Below the pieces are notes generated by a model. That model did not search any database. It was given only the letters and a program-made list of their open reading frames with translations, and was not told where the DNA came from. Positions 57,209-64,000 of a DNA stretch of 64,000 nucleotides are shown piece after piece. The DNA lies in IMG/VR virus record IMGVR_UViG_2706795396_000001, positions 10,807-74,806 of that record; one strand, 5' to 3'. The position numbers and the translations under genes are program-made. This DNA comes from a virus (lineage: Duplodnaviria > Caudoviricetes). Position 1 is the first letter of the stretch, and every line of letters begins with the position of its first letter.

Positions 57209-58068
57209 ACTATCACTCTTTCTGTTTTCTTTTTCGTCAGTTTTTTGACTTTATTAGCCATTTCGTCACCAAATTTTTCTCTTACATTTTCTATAACATT
57301 CTCGTCTGCATAGGTAAGCCAGCAACCTTTGGTTTTATTTTGTCTTCCTTTAAGAACGCTATTAACGTTACCCACACTAGCACCGATCTGACGTGCGGCT
57401 TCATGCTGGGACTCGAACCAGAAGACTTCAGAAGTTTTTGGGTTAACTACGCTTACTCCACGAATGAATACCATTTTATCCCTAATTTCTCTTATTTTCT
57501 CTTCAGTGATTTCACTTTCATCTTCAGTAAACCAGTAGCCACCAGTTTGGATCAGCTTTCCTCTGACAACGCCACTGATGTTTTGCAAATTAATACCAAG
57601 CTGACGTGCCGCTCCGCTTAGTGTTTCAAATCTTAGAACTTTACTAGTCTTTAGATTAACTGCAAACACCTGTCGTCCCGACACTTCCGCAGCTGACGTC
57701 CCAAAGTTCTTTTTATAGTCTTGGTTATATTGGCGGGAACACCACTCTAAATTACTTACTGAGTTGTTTGTTCTATCATTATCGATGTGATTAACTTCCG
57801 GTAAGTTGTCGGGGTTTGGAATGAAACAAGTTGCCACAATACGATGAACACTTAGGCTAGCTGTCTTTTCGTTTACGCTGAAAGTAACATACATATAACC
57901 ACAGGGGTTGAGATGCTGTTTTAAAACTTTCCCTTTAATATGAAGTTTCACACCATCGCTGCGTGTTACAATTCTGTCTTTTGTTCTAACTCTGCCTAAG
58001 TTACTTACCTCAATCCAGGGGTATTTTTGATATATTTTCCAAACTTCTTGTTCTTTTGTGTCAGTCAT
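57205..58068 (-). CDS. NUMOD4-HNH endonuclease with two NUMOD1 repeats (copy 7)
   Basis: Same motifs; architecture matches copy 2, including the WxTEDESEITEEKIREIR linker. Confidence 0.92.
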   Translation of the reverse strand: MTDTKEQEVWKIYQKYPWIEVSNLGRVRTKDRIVTRSDGVKLHIKGKVLKQHLNPCGYMYVTFSVNEKTASLSVHRIVATCFIPNPDNLPEVNHIDNDRTNNSVSNLEWCSRQYNQDYKKNFGTSAAEVSGRQVFAVNLKTSKVLRFETLSGAARQLGINLQNISGVVRGKLIQTGGYWFTEDESEITEEKIREIRDKMVFIRGVSVVNPKTSEVFWFESQHEAARQIGASVGNVNSVLKGRQNKTKGCWLTYADENVIENVREKFGDEMANKVKKLTKKKTERVIV

Positions 58069-58433
58069 TTTTTATGCTCCTCTTTCCTAAAATCAGTAAC
58101 AGTCTGCCCATCTTCATCGTAATACTTGGTCAGATATGTACCGAGTGTGTCCAAGAACCTGCAAAACGTAATTTCATCGGATAATTTATCTGTCGTGCTA
58201 ATGTTAGCATTGAAGACGTTGGTCTGATAGTTGACAATAAAGGCCTCATGCTGCTTGATAAAGCTTCTGATGTAGCTTTCCCTGTATCTGCTATCTTGTC
58301 TATCCAAATCAAAGTTTTCGTAGAACTCGTGTATAAGCCGGTGCAGCTCTTCAGGGAACGACTTGCCTTCAAAGAACTCGTTCTTCTTAATCTTTTCCAG
58401 AGTATCTAAATTCATCATAGTGCTTCTTTCCAA
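58065..58433 (-). CDS. Hypothetical protein
   Basis: 122-aa ORF overlapping both neighbours. Confidence 0.6.
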   Translation of the reverse strand: MERSTMMNLDTLEKIKKNEFFEGKSFPEELHRLIHEFYENFDLDRQDSRYRESYIRSFIKQHEAFIVNYQTNVFNANISTTDKLSDEITFCRFLDTLGTYLTKYYDEDGQTVTDFRKEEHKK

Positions 58434-58864
58434 TCATATTTAAAATTTGTAAATTCATGTATTTCCGTCTTCTTTGTAGTACCAAATACTTTCACCTTAA
58501 AGCTATTCTTCTTAACAACTACACATTCCACAGGAATTCCATAGCGCTTCGTAAAGAGCTTAAACCTTAACTTAGCCGCAGCGTCAACACCGTACGCTGT
58601 GAAGCTGTTTTTGACGTCATAGACGTGTAATAGATTGCCTTGATAGTCTGTAATAACAATGTCAGGAGTGAATTTGGCAGACCTAAAAATCAAGCCAGGA
58701 GCAATCTCAAACTTGTCGATGATGTCATAGCTTGGGTGTACTTTAACTACAAATTTACTTTCTGGATTATCATATTCTTCACAGAATCGTTGGTAAAACG
58801 TCAATTCCTTGAGGGAATCGAATTTGCAATTATTATATTCTGTCTTCTTGCCGTAGTTCCACAA
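58415..58864 (-). CDS. DUF1064-like PD-(D/E)xK nuclease
   Basis: Y.N.KFDS.KE..FY, F.PD+V+…+YDVK…F.L+.K.F. Confidence 0.7.
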   Translation of the reverse strand: MWNYGKKTEYNNCKFDSLKELTFYQRFCEEYDNPESKFVVKVHPSYDIIDKFEIAPGLIFRSAKFTPDIVITDYQGNLLHVYDVKNSFTAYGVDAAAKLRFKLFTKRYGIPVECVVVKKNSFKVKVFGTTKKTEIHEFTNFKYDWKEAL

Positions 58865-58955
58865 TTTAAAAATCTCGCTTTCTAATAATTGATGTAAATT
58901 CCAGCCATCATCGAAGTCCTGCTCAACTCCTTCAAGCCAATCAGGTTTAGCTCCT

Positions 58956-59708
58956 CTAATCGATATCTTCCCGTTCGATGAGTGGCAGGATACCGTTTTC
59001 CTTCAAAGCATCGTAGATAAGCTTTCTACCTTTTTGTGTCCAATAAGTGCTTAATCTGCTATGTTCATTCCCCTTTTTGTCTTTAAAGGTGAAAGACTTA
59101 CTCTGGATGTATCCCTTACCCATGAAGGCTTTGTAAAGCACCCATTGACCATTTACCTTATGCTGAATGCCAACAGTCTGTAGGAGCTTGTTAAAGGCCA
59201 CGGCCGACATACCGTAATCAGCAGCAATTTGAGTTATTGCCAGCGAATCTGGAGCACCTAAAATAATGTCAAGGTAACTAGCCTTCTTGTTTGATTCCGC
59301 AAGTCGCAGAGTTAAGTTTTTATTTTGCATTTGTAACTTTTGAACTCTAGCATTGGCAATCTCTAAAGCCCGTTGCATAATCATGTCTGGGCTATTCCAA
59401 TTCTTTTCTACTTGAATGAAGTATTTACGAACTTCTTTGCCCTTAGATGTCTTAGACATCATGCAGAGTTCCTTGGCCATATCGATTGTAACAGCGTAGT
59501 CTTGAAGCTCTTGAAGCTTGTCCGGATAAGCTGGGTTATAGGGGGTACGTGTAAGTACCCCCTCATAATCAGTGCCTTCTTCAAAGTCTTTGAAGTTATC
59601 TTTTACCCAAAGACTAAACTTTCTCTTTAATTCCAATTCCTTGTACAGATCTCTTGCTGAGACAAGTTGTTGATCGTCCTTTGTTTCAATTTTAATTAAT
59701 TCTTTCAT
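58956..59708 (-). CDS. AntA/AntB-family antirepressor with ORF6C-type C-terminus
   Basis: VSARDLY..L…F..W, DY…T+DMAKELCM…GK.VRKYFI.VEK.WNSP, WTQKGR.LIY..L. Confidence 0.88.
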   Translation of the reverse strand: MKELIKIETKDDQQLVSARDLYKELELKRKFSLWVKDNFKDFEEGTDYEGVLTRTPYNPAYPDKLQELQDYAVTIDMAKELCMMSKTSKGKEVRKYFIQVEKNWNSPDMIMQRALEIANARVQKLQMQNKNLTLRLAESNKKASYLDIILGAPDSLAITQIAADYGMSAVAFNKLLQTVGIQHKVNGQWVLYKAFMGKGYIQSKSFTFKDKKGNEHSRLSTYWTQKGRKLIYDALKENGILPLIEREDID

Positions 59709-59709
59709 T

Positions 59710-60507
59710 TTAGTTCTCTCTTTCAATTAGTGGTAACAATCCATTTTTCTTTAGCAACTCGTACAGCCCCAAACGTCCCTTTTGAGTCCATTTAGTCTGC
59801 AACACTGCCTTTTGTGTACCATCCTTACGCAAAACCATTACAGTTTCACTTTGAGTCCAACCAGTTTTCTGATATTCAGAATATAAAAGCCAAGTAGAAC
59901 CTTGCTTATACTGCACCTTGAGGTCGTGCAGCTTAGAATTCATCTCCCGGCCACTCATCCCGTAGTCCTTGGCAATCTGAGTGATCGTTACTAAAGACTT
60001 ATTTTTAAGAACGAGATCATAGTAACTGGCCTTCGGTGTCAATTCGTTGACTTGTTGCTCAGCGATTAAACGTTTTTCACGTTCTTGCTTTAATTGAGTT
60101 GCAAGCTTAATGATTGTGTCTGGATCACTAAGAATTTCATCGATCTTTTGATCGGTTAAATAAGCACCGTGTTTTCTGATGCTTGGGAGTACTTCTGTTG
60201 CTACCCAATCTTGAAACTTTTCTGCCACTTCATTGCTTGCTTTGAATGCAAGCTTGTAGAATTGCTGTTCAGTAATCCAATCACCTTTCCCAACATGTTG
60301 GGAATTTTCTTCTTTCCTCACATATGCGGAAATATTATTTAAGTAGTTATTAACCCTTTTCCATTGCACATAAACCTTCCCGTTCTTGATTTGGCTAATT
60401 CACAGTCCAATTGCAGACGCCTCAGCTTTAAAGTAAACTTGGCCGTCTACTTCTTTTACTGGTAGATCAATCTTTCCATTATGAAAAACTTGAATATCTT
60501 TTGACAT
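59710..60507 (-). pseudogene. BRO-like antirepressor with an in-frame TGA at codon 36
   Basis: ATG 60507 with AAAGGA RBS; …SAIGL*ISQIKNGKVYVQWKRVNNYL… continues in frame to 59710. Confidence 0.75.
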
Positions 60508-60523
60508 GATTTTGTCCTTTTTG

Positions 60524-61306
60524 CTAAATTCTCTTTAAAAACTTATTAACAAAGTACTGTTGGCCCTTACCAGTTACTTTAGGTGTCTTGCTAATTGTAG
60601 TCACCCCATTATTGTGGTTGACCGTGGTTTCTTTAATCTTAAAGAGACCAAGATCCATAGCCCGCTGGGTAGGCATGTTCCAGTCTGATCCCTTACGATT
60701 TACCAAGTACCCATTTTCACGCATCCACTGAACCAGTCTGTTAGCACCAATATCTGCGCCATTTCCTCTCAAGATTTTGGCAAGCTCACCAACTAAGATA
60801 GTTGACTTACTTGCTGTTACAGAATCTGCAAACAGAGCCTTAGGCTTCATCTCTTCAATTTGAATATCTTTAGCCTTGAGTTGGTCTGCAGCTTGTTGAA
60901 GCAATTCGGCAAGGGCAGTCTTGTCAGTTACAATAGCTTTAGCTTTAGCATCAGTTAAGTAAGCGCCATGCTTTCTGATTGTAGGGAGTACTTCAGAAGT
61001 AACCCAATGCTTGAATGCTTTAGCTGTTGGCAACTTACTGGACAAGATTAAGCTATAGAGCCCAGACTCATTTATAATTAGCAAGCCACGATTTGGGATA
61101 TTTTCTAAATTCCCATTTTGGGAACTTAGAACTTGCTTGTCCTCATTATCAACATGGTTGATAACTGCTTTGCTCGGGTTAGAGTAACCAAGAACAGTTG
61201 CAACATCCTTGCCTACAAACCAAGGATCACCATTAATCTCAATTACTCTTACTTTGTTGCTTACTTCGTTATTTACAAAATTAAAAATCTGCAAGTTGCT
61301 TTGCAT
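60524..61306 (-). CDS. BRO-N + KilAC antirepressor
   Basis: Paralog of 53600-54379; ATG after GGAAGGA. Confidence 0.9.
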   Translation of the reverse strand: MQSNLQIFNFVNNEVSNKVRVIEINGDPWFVGKDVATVLGYSNPSKAVINHVDNEDKQVLSSQNGNLENIPNRGLLIINESGLYSLILSSKLPTAKAFKHWVTSEVLPTIRKHGAYLTDAKAKAIVTDKTALAELLQQAADQLKAKDIQIEEMKPKALFADSVTASKSTILVGELAKILRGNGADIGANRLVQWMRENGYLVNRKGSDWNMPTQRAMDLGLFKIKETTVNHNNGVTTISKTPKVTGKGQQYFVNKFLKRI

Positions 61307-61351
61307 AACACGATTTCCTTCCATTGATTATTTTCTCTATTGTTGTTACCT

Positions 61352-61380
61352 ATTATACTACATGTTAAATGCATTTGCAA
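61352..61380 (-). promoter_or_regulatory. TTGCAA-17-TATAAT promoter for the antirepressor operon
   Basis: 17-nt spacer. Confidence 0.8.
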
Positions 61381-61539
61381 CTTTAATTTTTATAACAAAG
61401 TAAACTATTGTTCCCCCACAGAGCAGTGATATTTTTCGTTACTTGGTTTAGACTTTTAAAAAAAGAGCCCCAAAATAGAGCTCTAATTAATATCTTCAAA
61501 TACTGTTTGATTATGTTGTGTTTCTCTTAATCATCTGCG

Positions 61540-61810
61540 TAAGCAGAAAAACGTGGCGTAGCCACCAAATTGATCTCTGTAAGTACTACCTCTTCTCTCT
61601 GTAACATACTCTCTGTAGCTACGTTAGATGCAGTACTTAGATAGATGATCCATGTTACTTCTTACGTGTAGGTGGCTTCGCCACGATAGGTTCGCTACGC
61701 TCACGTTTCTTGCTTTCGCAAGAGTTAAGATAAATAAGATATAAACAAATAATAAATTAATCGAAATTAATTAAATCAAAAAATAAAAGAGATAAGAAAT
61801 CAAATAAAGC
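61540..61810. other. Putative replication origin: GNA mini-hairpins, 8-bp repeats and an AT-rich tract
   Basis: GTGGC-GTA-GCCAC (+); GTGGC-GAA-GCCAC, GC-GTA-GC and CTTGC-GAAA-GCAAG (-); three TCTCTGTA; A-rich tract 61725-61810. Confidence 0.4.
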
Positions 61811-61899
61811 AAATCATCTCCCCCTACTGGAGAGCAGACTTTCCCTATCGCAATAAAAAAAGGAAAGTCTGTACTCCAGCAGGAAAATAAAAAACATCT

Positions 61900-62405
61900 C
61901 CCGCTTAGTTAGTACACTCACTTGACTGCCAGCAGCTCATAAAGAGCTTGTTCTTTTTTCCGAACTAAGCAAAAGGAAGAAGAACTTTAACTGGTCATCT
62001 ATCTTAAACTCTGCTATAGTCAGCCTCAGAGCAAAGGGTTTCCCCTAAAAAAGATAGTATCCCATTCTGACCGTGCAAGCTGTTTGCCTTCTGGATAAGA
62101 CTTACTACGCCATGACGCTTATCCTCAACTACTAGGACGCTCTCCTAGCCAGCCGCATGTTTACCACCCAAAGCTTTTCAACCATGCACAAAATGTGTTT
62201 AGGTATTTCCCAAGTCTTACGTGTCTCCACAGCTTAGGTGCGAGCTTGCTTTGTTTACTCGCTGACGCAACCCAACTAGCTTGAAGTGAGACAAACTAGC
62301 TAGGCACTTACTCCGTTGGTTCTCTTGGGTTCGCACCAAGTTCTGGCGGTGAGTTTTCCGCACACGATCACATTAATGAGCTGATCTGCACTATTCAGTT
62401 GTATA
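61900..62405 (-). ncRNA. Candidate large structured ncRNA (~500 nt)
   Basis: No long ORF; CTGCAA-17-TATACT promoter at 62411-62439; about ten hand-found helices of 5-8 bp including 5'/3' pairing and one crossing helix. Confidence 0.6.
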
Positions 62406-62410
62406 AGTCT

Positions 62411-62439
62411 AGTATAGTACAAAAAATAATCTTTTGCAG
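62411..62439 (-). promoter_or_regulatory. Promoter for the candidate large ncRNA
   Basis: CTGCAA-17-TATACT, one mismatch from this phage's TTGCAA -35. Confidence 0.55.
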
Positions 62440-63324
62440 ATTAGGTTAAAATTGAACCGATTTTTTATTTTTTCACCGTGCTATTCTAGCTACTATCTAG
62501 TGTACACTACTTTGAGTGCAGTTTCAACTTTAAAGTTGTCTTTTTTAGAAAACTTCTTTAAAAATTTTTGTCTTGTTTCTCTATCCCCCGTATCTTCTAG
62601 AAAAAACGTAATTAGTTCTAGATTTTTCAAAAAAAGTTTTACAAATGTGATCGTATAGACTATCTGGCATCCATCGTGTCGTTATCATACTAGCTTTCAA
62701 CGCCACGCTTGCCGTAGGCAACACAATGCAAGCAAGGAATAGCTCTACCTTCACACTCAGATGCGCCTAGACGTTAATATCTGCTTTCTAAGCCTCTTGT
62801 TTATCTCTAATGACTACTTATACCCATTATGTTAAAAGATCGGATATAAATCTTCTGCTAGCTTTCAAGAAGTTAAATTAAATCTAATGGCGCTGTTAAA
62901 GTTTCATTTGCTTAAAAAACAATTATATGGTGGGTTGTCAAGTAGTTTTACATCAGATTAGAACAGGTTTTATTACGAATCATTTAACTTTTGGTATGTT
63001 ACTCTGATTAATATTAAATCTCCAAACGTATCAGGAATATACCGTTTTTAGATTTTAGACATGATTTGCGCTACGTTCTTGTGGAAGTTACTTTGAACGC
63101 AAAAAACGGCTGATAGGCCCTTTAATAATCGTTCTGAGGGGAAGTCGTGAAAAAGCTATTTGCTTTTTAATTCTTTTGATGTTAAGGATGTAAAGTCGAT
63201 GCTAAAGACAGGTTAAAAATGTTATCAAAAAGTTACTAGAAATAATACTCTGGTTTAAGTTCTTTAAAAATTTTTGCACCTGAAAGCAATGAAAAGTTAT
63301 ATATTATGCTACGTACTTCTTCCC

Positions 63325-63440
63325 CAGAATTTTCATGTACACACCCCCGAAAATTTTGCGTGTGCGTACGTGTGTATCCACCAAAAATTTGCATGTGTAT
63401 ACGTGTGTATATACTATCGAAAATTCATGTGTGTATAAGG
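63325..63440. repeat. Imperfect ~35-bp tandem repeats with alternating purine-pyrimidine tracts
   Basis: (C/G)AAAATTT-GC(G/A)TGTG..TACGTGTGTAT units, 3-4 copies. Confidence 0.65.
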
Positions 63441-63876
63441 TCTTTTTAAAAGTTTTTTGTTTGTGCTTTTTTGTTCGGTTTTTATAATATCACCAAAATT
63501 TATTATGTTATTATATTTCAGTGATATGCATTTTTTGAAAGTGTTTTCATTTAAAAGCGCTTTCAAGTTTCATGCTTTTTGGTGGTATTTTTTTAGCAGC
63601 TAAAAAAATACTTAAAAGCCCTAGAAACGGCTTTAGATCAGTCTTTTCCGGGGTTTTGAGATCGATTTTTGCGAGTTTCTTCCTTTAGATAACCAAAAAA
63701 CAGGTAAAAGGCAAAAAAGAAACGCAAAATTAGACCCTATTATATAGTAGAAAATAGCAGAAATAGATATATCGATGTACCGCTTACACGCTTAAGTATC
63801 AAGGATTTATAAGTTTTTTTTACCGTAAGAGAAAACAAGCAGCAAAAACAAAAAAGCGAAAAAATTAAAAAGGGGC

Positions 63877-63905
63877 TTGCATTTGAAACTGATCGGCGTT
63901 ACAAT
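63877..63905 (+). promoter_or_regulatory. Rightward promoter TTGCAT-17-TACAAT
   Basis: 17-nt spacer followed by AAGGAGG and ATG. Confidence 0.75.
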
Positions 63906-63934
63906 TAAGACAGATCAAGCAAGGAGGTTAAAAA

Positions 63935-64000
63935 ATGGATAGTTTTAGCATGGTCGTGATTGTCGGCTGTTCCGTTTTCATTGGGTACTTGATCGGCCGG
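63935..64000 (+). CDS. Small membrane protein (3'-partial)
   Basis: AAGGAGG RBS; MDSFSMVVIVGCSVFIGYLIGR… runs off the window. Confidence 0.7.
   Translation, partial: MDSFSMVVIVGCSVFIGYLIGR

Noticed and set aside
58865-58955. Possible gene remnant (…KPDWLEGVEQDF…)
   Set aside because: No start or RBS, and too short to support.
59710-60507. Genome-wide TGA recoding
   Set aside because: TGA terminates other genes normally (for example 2389, 45850) and long ORFs are intact in the standard code.
61861-61883. RNase P-like AGGAAAGTC motif
   Set aside because: It is fully explained as one arm of a local inverted repeat; no matching P4 3' partner was found.
178-62658. Many short ORFs in the track antisense to or overlapping long genes (for example 8558-8830, 18952-19467, 20120-20590, 62434-62658)
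   Set aside because: Shadow frames of biased or repetitive coding sequence, lacking RBS or motifs.

Overview
About 64 kb of a large Lactobacillaceae siphovirus-type phage genome. The window lacks the terminase/portal region and any recognisable CI repressor. The + strand (1-27982) carries the late module: HK97-fold capsid, head-tail genes, major tail protein, a tail chaperone with an apparent +1 frameshift, a 2627-aa tape measure protein with LysM, NlpC/P60 and SLT domains, evolved Dit, Tal, a repeat-rich receptor-binding fibre split by a 1-nt frameshift, a lysis cassette with a secreted GH25 endolysin, and a tyrosine recombinase. The - strand (28059-61380) carries DnaE, RecJ, primase and DnaB replication genes, nucleoside salvage enzymes, host-like morons (Apf-like protein, BMP lipoprotein, PgpA, orphan MazF) and five antirepressor-family genes. 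Seven paralogous NUMOD4-HNH endonucleases are spread across both arms (one on +, six on -). The most unusual parts are non-coding. (i) 55629-56233 is an array of one tRNA-Ile(UAU) plus three 44-46 nt anticodon-less tRNA-like minihelices; three of the four units continue into anti-Shine-Dalgarno or anti-start-codon tails, two of them complementary to the start region of the adjacent ssb gene. (ii) About 61900-62405 is a roughly 500-nt, heavily base-paired, pseudoknotted RNA candidate with its own promoter. (iii) Every antirepressor gene contains a palindrome, and covarying intergenic copies exist. (iv) An origin-like cluster of GNA mini-hairpins lies at about 61540-61810. All assignments come from reading motifs by eye; no database searches or folding programs were run.
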